Positions 47,024 to 57,319 are shown, counted from the stretch's first letter. The stretch: 64,000 nt of DNA from Gemmatimonadota bacterium (GCA_958295535.1 OY282356.1:2404378-2468377), one strand, 5' to 3'. Program-made: numbers and translations. Notes: a model not told the origin generated them from the letters alone.

Positions 47024-47889
47024 CTGCGCGCTTCGACGCGCTCGAGAGGCGTCATTTGACGGCTCGGACGCAACGCTTGCCGCTCCGCCAGATCGAACCA
47101 GTCGCCCGGGGCTAGAAAGTAGAACCGGCCACCGTTGTCGAGCGTGCTGGCATGGTCGTAGATCGCCACATACGACTCTCCGACCACTTCAAAACGGTCG
47201 TCCTGCACGACGATTGCGGTGTTCTCGTCTATCCCGATGCCTAGGAGCTCCGGCTTTGCTTCGACTATCTCGATCAGGTCGAAGTGACGATTTCTCTGAA
47301 GGAGATGCTGGTCGATAGCCGTATTCCGGAGAAAACCGAACCCCTCTTCGTGATCGCCCATCATTATCGTGTTCGTGCGCGTATCCCCCCGGGCCAGGTA
47401 CGACCCCTGGATCGTGGCGCCGGCCGAAGAGCCGCCGATGACGCCGCCACGGTCCAGCAACGCCCAGAGCTCCTCCTCGGTACGCGTACCGAGGTACGAG
47501 TCGGCAATGCGCCATTGCCGTCCCCCCGTGAACCAGACGCCATCCGCCTTCTGGATTGCCTCCACGAACGCATCGCTGTTCGCTTCATCGCGGTCGTCCG
47601 TGTGGCGCAGCGTCAGGTTGCGGACGCCCGCCGCGTGGAAAGGCGCCAGACCGCCGAACGACATGTCGTACCTGTCGCGCCCCGCAGCCGTCGGGATGAC
47701 CACGATGCTGGCGGCGGGGCCGCCGGCTAACTGCACGAAGCGATCCACGATCTCCTGGCTGCGCATCGCGCCCCCTACGATGACTAGAGATCCGTTGGCG
47801 GGGCCGACTTCCTGGCCTGTTCCCGCGAGCGGCGCAGCCACCAGAAGCACTCCTGTCACGGCCATCGCGCGCATCGTTATGCTTCTCAT
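46984..47889 (-). CDS. cphB: Cyanophycinase (peptidase S51), secreted.
   Basis: Signal peptide. S51 motifs (LVIVGGAM, VWFTGGRQ, GGSSAGA with the nucleophilic Ser, His/Glu triad context). Confidence 0.7.
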   Translation of the reverse strand: MRSITMRAMAVTGVLLVAAPLAGTGQEVGPANGSLVIVGGAMRSQEIVDRFVQLAGGPAASIVVIPTAAGRDRYDMSFGGLAPFHAAGVRNLTLRHTDDRDEANSDAFVEAIQKADGVWFTGGRQWRIADSYLGTRTEEELWALLDRGGVIGGSSAGATIQGSYLARGDTRTNTIMMGDHEEGFGFLRNTAIDQHLLQRNRHFDLIEIVEAKPELLGIGIDENTAIVVQDDRFEVVGESYVAIYDHASTLDNGGRFYFLAPGDWFDLAERQALRPSRQMTPLERVEARSWGSGAGPDRPDR

Positions 47890-47910
47890 TCGCCTAGTTC
47901 CTTGTTCAGG

Positions 47911-48450
47911 TCAGCACTGGTCTCGCCGGAAATCCGCCGGGCGGCACGTAAAGCCCCACTCCTGCCACAGACCGCTCCCGGCCGCCTTGGCGGACGCCTC
48001 TGCCTCGCGAATCTCCTGCTCGTAGAGCCGGTTCGGCGGAATCACGTAGGCCAGGGCGTATCCGCTCGCGACCATGTGCTCGTTGAGCAGGCCGGCGCCC
48101 GGCAGGTGAAGGTGGGCAAGGTCGCGCCCGAAGACATCGCGGCGCGATACATCGTACTCCACGCGGATAGTCGTGCCGATGGGCGCCACCCTCAGCAGCT
48201 CTTGCCTGGAACGCTCGCCCCAAGGCTCCTGGGCGATCTCCGGGGCGTCGATCGACAGCAAGCGTATCTCGCGACCATCCGCGCACCGTATGGAGTCGCC
48301 GTCGGTCACGACGGAGAGCCGGCATTGAGCGCTGAGCGACGGAGGAGGGGGCGGGGGCGGCGGAGCCACCGACTGCCCTCCGCAGCTGGTGGCCACGAGG
48401 CAGACGCCCGCAGCTACGAGGCAGGCGCCGGCAGCCGTCACGATGGACAT
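47911..48450 (-). CDS. Thermonuclease (staphylococcal nuclease/SNase-like) lipoprotein.
   Basis: Lipoprotein signal MSIVTAAGACLVAAGVCLVATSCGG. Poly-Pro linker. SNase core (VTDGDSIRC(…)IRLLSIDAPE(…)GRDLAHL). The upstream ORF-track extension is Ala/Ser/Pro-rich run-through. Confidence 0.7.
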   Translation of the reverse strand: MSIVTAAGACLVAAGVCLVATSCGGQSVAPPPPPPPPSLSAQCRLSVVTDGDSIRCADGREIRLLSIDAPEIAQEPWGERSRQELLRVAPIGTTIRVEYDVSRRDVFGRDLAHLHLPGAGLLNEHMVASGYALAYVIPPNRLYEQEIREAEASAKAAGSGLWQEWGFTCRPADFRRDQC

Positions 48451-48682
48451 GGCGCGACTGGCTATCGCTTGCGGCCCCGACTTTGCGGAAAGATGAACGC
48501 TGTCCGGTTGGCGCAACTGCTTGCTGGGGGCGATGGCTCGCTGCCTTGCGGTGATAACTTGTCGGGATCGGCCTCTACGGCGAATATCGACGCCGGAGGG
48601 TTGGAATTCAACAGACTCTGGCGCGCTTCCCGCTTTGTCTGGATGGTTCCCCGAATCTGTTCCTTGAATTTGGAGGGTTCTC

Positions 48683-49297
48683 ATGCGATGGAATCGGATA
48701 GACGCACCGCTGCGCCCGGCGCACGTGACGATGGCGATGACACTTCTCTTCCTGTCGGGTTGCGGAGGAGATGCGGAGGATGAAGGCGCCGCCGGCGAAG
48801 CCGCCGCCGAGGAGAGCATGGGCGATGCCCACGGAGATGCGGCCGATGCCGATGGGGCAGCCGATGCGGGGGCCGCCGGACCCACGCCCATCCGCGAAGA
48901 GGAGTTCGCGGAGGAGCTCGGGATCGACCTCGACGAGATGGAAGAGCGCGAGAGCGGACTGTTCGTTCAGGTGCTGGAGGAAGGCAGTGGGCCGGCAGTC
49001 GCTCACGGCGACCAAGTAGGCGTCCACTATACGCTCTGGCTGACGGATGGACGCAAGGTTGACTCGAGCCTTGACGGCAATCCGCCAGAGCCTCTTCTCG
49101 CGGTTATCGGGTCGCCTGGCTGGATAAGGGGCTGGGTCGAGGGCGTCACCGGGATGAGGTTGGGCGAGCGGCGGAAGTTGGCGCTTCCTTCGGAACTCGG
49201 ATACGGGGCCGCGGGCCAGGCGCCCGATATCGCGCCGCACAGCATCCTCGTTTTCGAAGTCGAACTGGTTGAACATGTGCCTGCCGGAGAGGGCTGA
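48683..49297 (+). CDS. FKBP-type peptidyl-prolyl cis-trans isomerase, lipoprotein.
   Basis: Lipobox LLFLSGCGG. Acidic linker. FKBP domain (GDQVGVHYTLWLTDGRKVDSS(…)GWVEGVTGMRLGERRKLALPSELGYG). Confidence 0.75.
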   Translation: MRWNRIDAPLRPAHVTMAMTLLFLSGCGGDAEDEGAAGEAAAEESMGDAHGDAADADGAADAGAAGPTPIREEEFAEELGIDLDEMEERESGLFVQVLEEGSGPAVAHGDQVGVHYTLWLTDGRKVDSSLDGNPPEPLLAVIGSPGWIRGWVEGVTGMRLGERRKLALPSELGYGAAGQAPDIAPHSILVFEVELVEHVPAGEG

Positions 49298-49303
49298 CGT
49301 TAG

Positions 49304-50104
49304 GTGGCTGCGTATGTTCGCTATGCGCCTCGGAGCGGGGCCGAGGGCGATGCGGGGCGCTGGGGCGTCGTCGTGAACGAATCTGTCGTGGCCGACCTCG
49401 CGGCGCCTCCATTCGAAGAGGAAATCCGCACGGGCCGGTCGACGCCGCTTGACGAAGTAGAGCTGCTTGCCCCGGCGACGCCGTCCAAGGTGATCGCGGT
49501 CGGACTGAACTTCCGCAGCCATCTCGGCGGCCGGGACGAGCCGACCGAACCCGGACTCTTCGCCAAGCTTCCATCGGCAGTCATAGGTCCCGGCGAAGCG
49601 ATCGTCTTCCCCGCAGGCGCAGAAGCGGTGCACGCCGAGGGAGAGATCGTCGTCGTGATCGGCCGGACCACCCGTCGCGTGGGGATATCCGACGCGCCGA
49701 GCCGCATCTTCGGCGTGACGGCGGGCAACGATGTGAGCGAACGTCGTTGGCAGCGCGACGACTTGCAGTGGCTTCGCGCGAAGGCGAGCGATTCGTTCGG
49801 TCCGCTCGGGCCGAGGATCGTAACCGGCTCCGACTACACCGGACTAATGGTGGAAACGCGCATCAACGGGAAGGTCATCCAATCCGGAAACAACCGCGAT
49901 CTTATCTTTGGCATCCCCGAGATCGTCGCGTACGCGAGCCGCTACTTCACCCTGTACCCGGGGGATGTGATCTACACGGGGACCCCCGGCACGACGGCAG
50001 CTCTCTCTCCGGGCGACCTTGTCGAGGTCGAAGTCGAGGGCGTAGGCGTGCTGGCCAACCACGTGGAGGGGCCGAGCGGCCACGTCGGGCCGCATGATGC
50101 CTGA
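49304..50104 (+). CDS. Fumarylacetoacetate hydrolase (FAH)-family protein.
   Basis: 266 aa. FAH-fold motifs (KVIAVGLNFRSH, EGEIVVVIG, GDVIYTGTPGT). Confidence 0.8.
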   Translation: MAAYVRYAPRSGAEGDAGRWGVVVNESVVADLAAPPFEEEIRTGRSTPLDEVELLAPATPSKVIAVGLNFRSHLGGRDEPTEPGLFAKLPSAVIGPGEAIVFPAGAEAVHAEGEIVVVIGRTTRRVGISDAPSRIFGVTAGNDVSERRWQRDDLQWLRAKASDSFGPLGPRIVTGSDYTGLMVETRINGKVIQSGNNRDLIFGIPEIVAYASRYFTLYPGDVIYTGTPGTTAALSPGDLVEVEVEGVGVLANHVEGPSGHVGPHDA

Positions 50105-53100
50105 CATGCAGCGGTCGCCGAAGCTCTGGGCCGGGTCGTGCGCCGCCGCTGCGCTCGCGATCTCATTCATGGCCGCGGCCAGCCTTGGCGAGGCCGGCGC
50201 TGCCGCGAGCCTTCCAGTCGCGGCAGACGATCGAGCGCCGCCGCCGGCATCCGCTCCGGTCGCGCTGGAAGCGACGGCCCCTGCGCAGTCGTCCGGACGG
50301 CCGGACCGGCTCTCCCCAGGCGCTCGGACCACAGCCGGACAGCGAGCGGATACCGAGCAGTCGTCCGGACGACCGGAGCGACTGTCCCCAGCCCGCGCAG
50401 TTGACATGCCCTTGCAAGAGACCGCGGATTTGGTGTCGGTCTTCGAGCCAGGGCGGCTGCTGCTCGATACGAACGGCGACGGCGTGCCGGACTTGGTGAA
50501 CGCCGCGCTCGTCCTGGGAGACGATCCCACGCCTGCCGCGCTCGCGGCGGCGGCCGAGATCTCCGCGCGGCTGGGCTTCGAGACCATGGCGATGGACTTG
50601 CCGCTGTCCCGCGCGCCGGAGGGGCAACAGCTGGGGATCGCCGCCGGGCGCGCAGGGCTCGCGGCCGCCGGTCTGCAATCTCCGGGCATCGATCCTCTCT
50701 CGCTCGACTCGGGCGAGGGAGCGGTTGTCGTGAGGGAGGACGGGGAGCGCAGTTGGATCCTGGTGGTCGGGGGCGATGACGATGGGCTGCTGGCGGCCGC
50801 TCGCCTGTTCGCGGGAGTGCTGCCGCACACGCGCACGTTGCAGACGGCAAAGCTGGAGGAGGTGCGGGACGACATTGCCGCTGTGCTCGAGGAGGGCGGC
50901 ATCTCGGGTGCGCGTGTGCGGCTGACCCAGGCGCGGACGCGGAGCGGTCAGCCGGGCGTGGGGCGCGTCGTCGCGGAGATCGAGGTGGCCGTCGCGGAGC
51001 TGGACAGTGCCGCGACTCTCCTGCGGGCGGCGGCTGACGCGCCCCCCGCCGGCGATGCTAACCCAGCCGGTGCGGACCCTGTCGGCGATGCGGACGAAGC
51101 TGGCGCGGACGAGGCTGGCGCGGATGAGGAGCAGGCAGAAGCCGAAGAATCCGTCGGCGCCGAGCAGGACGAGGACGATGCCGCGGCCGACGAGAAGCGG
51201 CAGCCGTTCGCCTATCCCGGACTGGAGTCGGTCGAAGCGCGGCTGGCGGGCGGGGCCACCGTGCGCATCGCCGGGCGCGCCCCGCCGGATCGTCCCGGTC
51301 CGGTGCCGGGCCGGCCAGGCGGCGGCGCAAAGAGCGGCATGGACCTGTCGAATCTGTACACATCGGATGGACTGCTCGGAGGCGGCCTTATCCCGACCCG
51401 GGTGGATGCGATGCTCGCTCCCGGCGCGGAAGGCAGCGCCGGCCTGCCGGATCTAGCGGCCCGGCTCGGGCTCGAGTCCACCGGCCTCGTCATCCCCTTC
51501 GCCAAACCCGCCTCGTCGATCGACCGGCCCGGCAGCCAGCCGACGCTCGTACTCACGGGGACCGACAATCCGCTGACGCGACAGCTTGCCGACAGTTCCC
51601 GGATCGACTTGGAGGCGCTGGAGCCCGGCGAAGGACTCGTCCAGGTCGTTCCGAAGGCGTTCGGCGGCAAACCGGCGCTCGTGGTGGCTGGCGCGGACGC
51701 CGCCGGGGCGGAGCTCGCGCTCGGCCGTCTCGCTCGCACATTTCCACACCTGTCGGAGCGCGGAGCGGACCGCCCCACGATCGACGATGTCGAGCGCGAG
51801 CTCTGGGACGCTCTGTCCGGGCACTCGCCCGTGGGCCAAGCGGCGATCGGCCTCTACAAGCTCGGACGCATCGCCGACAAGCTCGCCGAGCGCCAGATCG
51901 TCCGCGCCAGCGTCCTGATGTCGGTCGAGAAAGCCGACCCGCAGCTGGAAGCGTACCTCCGCGACCGGGCCGCCGGCGCCCTCGGGCTACCGAACGTCAG
52001 CGTCACGATCGACGACCGCGATGTTCGGCGGGCGGCGACCATCTTCTCCGACACCCTGTCCCTGCCCTCCGAAGTCGAGAGCTTCCGCGAACTGATCCGC
52101 AGCCGCGTGCTCCCGGCAGCCGGCTCCGCCGGCCCCATCCGCGTCGAAGCCCGCCTCAGCGAACCCCCCGAGATTCGCCGCCAGCTGGAGCGAGAGACCC
52201 GCTCCGCCATCCTCCAGGCCGGCGCGTCGCCGGAGGATGTCGAAGTCCGCATCCTCTCGGCCTTCAAACAAGGATATTCCTGGCTGGAAGAGGTTGTCCT
52301 CCCCCAACTCCAAGGCCGCAGCGACATCGGAGAAGTCGTCATCCGCTTCCGGCGCAACGATCCGCCCCCGGAGTGGCCCCAGCAGGCGATACACACGCCG
52401 GTGAGGTGGCTGCACGAGATCTTCCCCATCGACGAGGCCATGGCGAAGCGACTCGGCCTGCCCCTGGAACGGATTCGCTTCGAGCAGACCGCCGCCGGCC
52501 CGGTCTACGGGGTAGCCGCCTTCGACACCGCGGGCGCCGAGATTCTCGCCGGAGACTTCGACCCCCGTTGGGTGCTCCGCCCCTACTTCGACCGCTTTCG
52601 GGACTATGAACAGGTACGGGTGACCACAGGCTGGCTCCGAGCCACAGCCGGGGACCGCATGCTGGCCGACGAGCGCATCGTAACGGACCCCGAAGCGTTC
52701 TGGGATCATTATCAGAGCAAGACGCTCCCCGCCATCTACGACTACGTCATGGAGCTCCACGACGGGCTTCCATCCGGAGGAAGCGCCGATGCGCCGTACT
52801 TCGGCGAGTTGAGAGTGCAGCTGGCGATGAGCGAACCCAACTACCGTCTCGGCATCGACAACGAGATTCACGCCCCGATGGACGCGCTTCACGAAGAAGT
52901 CTACTTCGGCACGATCGAATTCTTCGATCTCCTGGGACGGAACTCCAGAGGGCAGGGACTGACCTTCCCCGGACGGATAATCCCGGTGATGCTGCCCAGG
53001 GCCGACGGAGCGGCGGCCGAACTCCAGACCAGCTTCACCGGCTTCGCGACATCCCGGCCCGCCGTCGTCGTGGTCGCCGAGGATTCCGCCGGGGTCGCCG

Positions 53101-54689
53101 ACACTCTCCGGATGGACATCCCCAAGACCAGCCTGGAGCGGCCTTCCGCGAAGCTGGCTCTGCTCAGAGCCGCCGATCCTGAGCTGGCGCACTTGGCTCT
53201 GCGGGTTCGGGTCGACACCGATGCCGATGCGCGCGACAGCCTCCTGACGTACGCGCCGCCCCGCCAAGTGGACCGAAGCATGGTCTCCGCCGAGCAGGTG
53301 GCCACGACCATCCGGGAAATAGAAGAGCTGCGGGCCAACGGACTCTACGCTTCCGCGCTGGCCCACCCGGGCCTCGGCTCGCTCGAAGTGTGGGCCGAAT
53401 GGAGCCACGAGCAGGATCCCGACTCCCGCCGCACCGCAACCCTGGCAGCCAACGGCGCCCCCGACAGCCTCCCCGAGTGGCGCTCTCTCCTGCCGGAGGG
53501 GTGGAGCTACGACGGAGAGCGCCTCGTGCAGTGGGAGACTCCGATTCCTCCTTCGGAAGGACACGAGATCCTCGCGAAGATGGCCGCGACATTCGACGAA
53601 GCGACGATGTACAAAGTTGGCGACTCCTATCTCGGCAAGGAGATATGGGCGCTCGACCTCATGCCCCCGGTACGAGCCTCTCACTGGTCCCGGACAAAGG
53701 CGACCGCCTACAAGCCGACGATCGTCTACTCCGCGCGCCAGCATGCGAACGAAGTCTCGTCTACCAGCCATGTGCTCCGGCACGCCGAACTGCTTCTAAC
53801 GGACCCCGAGCAGCGGGACAAGCTCGACAAGGTCAACGTCATAGTCCACCCCTTCACGAACCCCGACGGCGCCCGGCTGGCATACGATCTCTTCCAGATC
53901 ACGCCGGACTTCATCCTCCACGCGGGATATCTGGGTTCCCTCGGCATGGACGCGACGTCAGGCTCCCGCGACGACCACCCGATCTACCCGGAAGCGCCCG
54001 TGCGCAACCGCATCTGGCGCAGCTGGCTTCCCGACATCTTCCTGAATCCGCACGGCTATCCTTCGCACCAGGTCGTCCAGCTCTTCAGCGAATACACCGG
54101 TCTGGTCAGGCGCGGCCGGGTGACCGAACGCAACTGGGGATTCAACAAGGGTTGGTTCATGCCCGGCTTCGGATACGTCGACAGTCCCGACCTGCCGCGG
54201 CACAAGGATGCGGCCTTCAAGATCCTCGACTACATCACGCGCGGGATCAACTCCAATCGCGATGTCTTCGAGATGAACCAGCGCAGCTACGAACGCTACC
54301 GCCGCTACGGGGTCGAGTACGACCCCGATGTCTTTCGACTGCCGATGACCGACAGCGTGCTCATTCAGCTGCCGTTGAAGGGTTCCAGCGGAGAGGGTGG
54401 CGGATACGACTCCCGAATCACTATCTGGAGCGGCACGACGGAGGCCCCGGACGAGACGGCGTACGGCCCGTGGATGGAGCTCGTCGCGAAGGCCGGTCTG
54501 TCGTGGGACCAGGCGCTGCTCGACTACCTTTACGATGGCGAACACGAGGTGAAGCGCTCGGGCTCATCCTTCTTCGGCGGGGTAACGCTGGGGATAAGCC
54601 GGCAGAGGCCGCCTGAAGCGGAGGAAGCCGACCCGGAAAATGGCGACCCGGAAGACGAAGAGACCAACATCAGCCAACGAGGAATCTGA
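50094..54689 (+). CDS. Very large secreted multidomain protein (1531 aa) with a C-terminal M14-family zinc carboxypeptidase-like domain.
   Basis: Signal peptide. Internal tandem repeat (QSSGRPDRLSPGA x2). Acidic D/E/A low-complexity stretch. C-terminal region has M14 hallmarks (SARQHANEVSS with H-x-x-E zinc ligands, HPFTNPDG, LNPHGYP third His). The stop overlaps the next start (TGATG). Confidence 0.65.
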   Translation: MMPDMQRSPKLWAGSCAAAALAISFMAAASLGEAGAAASLPVAADDRAPPPASAPVALEATAPAQSSGRPDRLSPGARTTAGQRADTEQSSGRPERLSPARAVDMPLQETADLVSVFEPGRLLLDTNGDGVPDLVNAALVLGDDPTPAALAAAAEISARLGFETMAMDLPLSRAPEGQQLGIAAGRAGLAAAGLQSPGIDPLSLDSGEGAVVVREDGERSWILVVGGDDDGLLAAARLFAGVLPHTRTLQTAKLEEVRDDIAAVLEEGGISGARVRLTQARTRSGQPGVGRVVAEIEVAVAELDSAATLLRAAADAPPAGDANPAGADPVGDADEAGADEAGADEEQAEAEESVGAEQDEDDAAADEKRQPFAYPGLESVEARLAGGATVRIAGRAPPDRPGPVPGRPGGGAKSGMDLSNLYTSDGLLGGGLIPTRVDAMLAPGAEGSAGLPDLAARLGLESTGLVIPFAKPASSIDRPGSQPTLVLTGTDNPLTRQLADSSRIDLEALEPGEGLVQVVPKAFGGKPALVVAGADAAGAELALGRLARTFPHLSERGADRPTIDDVERELWDALSGHSPVGQAAIGLYKLGRIADKLAERQIVRASVLMSVEKADPQLEAYLRDRAAGALGLPNVSVTIDDRDVRRAATIFSDTLSLPSEVESFRELIRSRVLPAAGSAGPIRVEARLSEPPEIRRQLERETRSAILQAGASPEDVEVRILSAFKQGYSWLEEVVLPQLQGRSDIGEVVIRFRRNDPPPEWPQQAIHTPVRWLHEIFPIDEAMAKRLGLPLERIRFEQTAAGPVYGVAAFDTAGAEILAGDFDPRWVLRPYFDRFRDYEQVRVTTGWLRATAGDRMLADERIVTDPEAFWDHYQSKTLPAIYDYVMELHDGLPSGGSADAPYFGELRVQLAMSEPNYRLGIDNEIHAPMDALHEEVYFGTIEFFDLLGRNSRGQGLTFPGRIIPVMLPRADGAAAELQTSFTGFATSRPAVVVVAEDSAGVADTLRMDIPKTSLERPSAKLALLRAADPELAHLALRVRVDTDADARDSLLTYAPPRQVDRSMVSAEQVATTIREIEELRANGLYASALAHPGLGSLEVWAEWSHEQDPDSRRTATLAANGAPDSLPEWRSLLPEGWSYDGERLVQWETPIPPSEGHEILAKMAATFDEATMYKVGDSYLGKEIWALDLMPPVRASHWSRTKATAYKPTIVYSARQHANEVSSTSHVLRHAELLLTDPEQRDKLDKVNVIVHPFTNPDGARLAYDLFQITPDFILHAGYLGSLGMDATSGSRDDHPIYPEAPVRNRIWRSWLPDIFLNPHGYPSHQVVQLFSEYTGLVRRGRVTERNWGFNKGWFMPGFGYVDSPDLPRHKDAAFKILDYITRGINSNRDVFEMNQRSYERYRRYGVEYDPDVFRLPMTDSVLIQLPLKGSSGEGGGYDSRITIWSGTTEAPDETAYGPWMELVAKAGLSWDQALLDYLYDGEHEVKRSGSSFFGGVTLGISRQRPPEAEEADPENGDPEDEETNISQRGI

Positions 54690-55453
54690 TGCAGATACCA
54701 TTCAAGGCACCACCGCCCGATCCAAGCGCGACCGGCATCGAACGAGTCGTTCGGCGTCCGATCCGGCGACTGCTGGCCAGGGCGTGCGGCTTCGCGATCA
54801 TGCTCGGCGGATTCGCGCCCGTAGGCGGACCAGCGCTATTCGGGGGGCCGGAGGCCGGCGGACCATCTCCGCTCGGGGGGCCAGGGGCCGGCGCTCCAGC
54901 CTCGAGCGTCGCCACCCTTCTTGCCTATGTGGAGTTCGGCGTCGTGACGTTGTACGCGGGTGGGGCGTTACACGCGCAGGAGGAAGAGGAGGGCGAGCAG
55001 GAGCAGGGAGAGGAAGAAGAAGCCGTGGACGAGACGGCCGAAGCGGATTCGACCGTCACCACGACCCAGGGAGTGTTCAGCGAGGAGCAGGCGGCTCGCG
55101 GCGAGGAAATCTTCTGGACGATCTGCTCGGAGTGTCACTTCGAGGAAGATTTCGGGGGACCGTTCATTCAGTCGTGGGCCAGCGTCACCGTCAAGGATCT
55201 CCTTGACGAAATCATCGCCACCATGCCCGAGGACAACCCCGGGGGAATGCCCCTGCAAGAGTACATCGACGTCATCACCTACCTGTTCAAGATCAACGGG
55301 ATGCCCGCGGGCGAAGACGAACTGACCGAGGAAGAGCTCGACGCGGTCAAGATCGACTACGACCCGGACGCCGGTGGCGATCCTCCGCCGGAAGGCGACC
55401 CCGAATCGGAAGACGGCTCGGAGCCAGCGGACAGCCCCGGTACCGGGAGGTGA
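54689..55453 (+). CDS. Mono-haem c-type cytochrome with acidic low-complexity flanks.
   Basis: Single CSECH (CxxCH) motif with a downstream Met candidate (MPEDNPGGMPLQEYID). N-terminal hydrophobic segment. E/D-rich regions. ATG overlaps the upstream stop. Confidence 0.55.
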   Translation: MQIPFKAPPPDPSATGIERVVRRPIRRLLARACGFAIMLGGFAPVGGPALFGGPEAGGPSPLGGPGAGAPASSVATLLAYVEFGVVTLYAGGALHAQEEEEGEQEQGEEEEAVDETAEADSTVTTTQGVFSEEQAARGEEIFWTICSECHFEEDFGGPFIQSWASVTVKDLLDEIIATMPEDNPGGMPLQEYIDVITYLFKINGMPAGEDELTEEELDAVKIDYDPDAGGDPPPEGDPESEDGSEPADSPGTGR

Positions 55454-55552
55454 CCGGGACCCGCTAGCTCGGGCGGCAGTTGCCGCCGCCGTCGGGGGAA
55501 GGGGTCGAGCGACAACTAGCGAAACATCGCGACGATGCGGACGCCGGTCCGC

Positions 55553-57319
55553 TCAGGCCTTGGCCGCCCGCAGCCGGTTGATCGCGGCCGCGCCTTCCAG
55601 CAGCAGCCATATCTCTAGGACGAAGATCGCGCCCCCCAGCACCAACAGATGCCAGTCATTGTTCCCGGAGTACCCCGCGAGGTTCACGATCATCGCCCAT
55701 GTGGTCATGACGAGAAGGAACGACATCGGGATAAGCGTTATCCAGTACGGGCGCTTCTTCCGCATCAGGTAGAGCGACACGATCAGCAGAGTCAGGCCGG
55801 CCAGCAGCTGGTTCGTGGTTCCGAACAGAGGCCATAGCGTCATGCCGCCGGCGCCACGGTCGACCGACAGCGCCAGCAAAGCGCAGCTGACGACGGCAAC
55901 GGCTGTGGCAACCCACCGGTTCTGCAGCGGCTTCACGTTGTACTCCGCGCCCAGCTCGCCGATGATGTAGCGCTGAAGCCGGACCGCGGTATCCAGCGTC
56001 GTCGCGGCGAAGCAGATCACGACGACCGAAGCGAAGATCTCGGCGACCCCCGCCGGGATCCCGAGCCCGCCCGCGATGGCTCCGACACCCTTGACGAAGG
56101 CCACCGTGGCGCCGGTGGTCGCCGCGGAGAAGCTGCCGTAGTGTTCCTGCCAGAGGGCCAATCCCGCCACCGGACCCGCATCCTGAGAAAGATAGATCGC
56201 GAATCCGGCCGTGCACGCGATGATCGAAGTGACCGCCAGAGTTCCCTCGCCCACCGCCCCTCCGTACCCCACGTAGCGGGCGTCCGGCTCCCTGGACAAT
56301 TGCTTCGATGACGTGCCGGATCCGACGAGACCGTGAAAGCCGCTAATCGCCCCGCAGGCGATCGTTATGAACAGAAGCGGCAGCCACGACGGCGTGTCCG
56401 ACGGAAGATTCGGGTTGACCGCCGGCGCCACGACCTCGGGGTTCGCGACCAGAACGCCCACGCCGATGATCGCCAGCGCCACGAACAGCTGGTGGCCATT
56501 CACGTAGTCCCTGGGCTGGAGGAGCAGCCAGACGGGAAGCACCGATGCGATGAACGTGTACGCGAAGAGAACGACTATCCAGCCGACCCTCCGCCCGTCC
56601 GCCTCCGCCGCGGCTCCTGCCGCCCCCGCGTCTCCGCCCGCAGCCGCCAGTTGGGCTTCGGTGGGGCCGAACCCGATCAGGTCGGGCATCGTGAACGGCA
56701 TGTCCTGGCCGAACCAGATGAGGACATAGAGCGTAGCCAGCGCCCCCAGGGATGGAAGCAGTATCCCCGCCCCCGTTCGGTATATGAGAAAGCCCACCAC
56801 CAGCGCCACGACGAGCGACCCCCAGACGGGCACGACCGCGCCGGGGTTGGCCATGAACAGATTGGAGATGATCACGGCGAACACCGCGTTCACCATCAGA
56901 AGGAGGAAGAAGATGATGAGAAGGAAGAGCACGCGGGCGCGCTTGCCCAGGATCGACTCGGTCAGAGTGCCGATCGACCGCCCTTTGTGGCGGGTGGAGA
57001 TCCACAGGGCGGCGAAGTCGTGCACGGCGCCGGCGAAGACAGTACCGAAGACAACCCACAGGAAGGCCGGCAGCCACCCCCAGATTACGGCGATCGCCGG
57101 TCCGACGATCGGCGCGGCGCCTGCCACCGATGTGAAGTGGTGCCCGAAGAGGACATGCTTGTTGGTGGGCACGTAGTCCACTCCGTCGCGGAACTCGTGC
57201 GCGGGCGTCACGAAGTCCGGGTCCAGCTTGAACACCTTGCCGGCGATGAAGCGGGAGTAGATCAGCACTCCCGTGACGAAAGCAAGCAACCCCACTAGCA
57301 ACAGGACTATCGCGCTCAT
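55553..57319 (-). CDS. cstA: Carbon starvation protein A (CstA-family peptide/pyruvate transporter).
   Basis: Start at MSAIVLLL. Highly conserved CstA N-terminal block (HHFTSVAGAAPIVGP(…)GWLPAFLWVVFGTVFAGAVHDF). Multi-TM. About 589 aa. Confidence 0.85.
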   Translation of the reverse strand: MSAIVLLLVGLLAFVTGVLIYSRFIAGKVFKLDPDFVTPAHEFRDGVDYVPTNKHVLFGHHFTSVAGAAPIVGPAIAVIWGWLPAFLWVVFGTVFAGAVHDFAALWISTRHKGRSIGTLTESILGKRARVLFLLIIFFLLLMVNAVFAVIISNLFMANPGAVVPVWGSLVVALVVGFLIYRTGAGILLPSLGALATLYVLIWFGQDMPFTMPDLIGFGPTEAQLAAAGGDAGAAGAAAEADGRRVGWIVVLFAYTFIASVLPVWLLLQPRDYVNGHQLFVALAIIGVGVLVANPEVVAPAVNPNLPSDTPSWLPLLFITIACGAISGFHGLVGSGTSSKQLSREPDARYVGYGGAVGEGTLAVTSIIACTAGFAIYLSQDAGPVAGLALWQEHYGSFSAATTGATVAFVKGVGAIAGGLGIPAGVAEIFASVVVICFAATTLDTAVRLQRYIIGELGAEYNVKPLQNRWVATAVAVVSCALLALSVDRGAGGMTLWPLFGTTNQLLAGLTLLIVSLYLMRKKRPYWITLIPMSFLLVMTTWAMIVNLAGYSGNNDWHLLVLGGAIFVLEIWLLLEGAAAINRLRAAKA

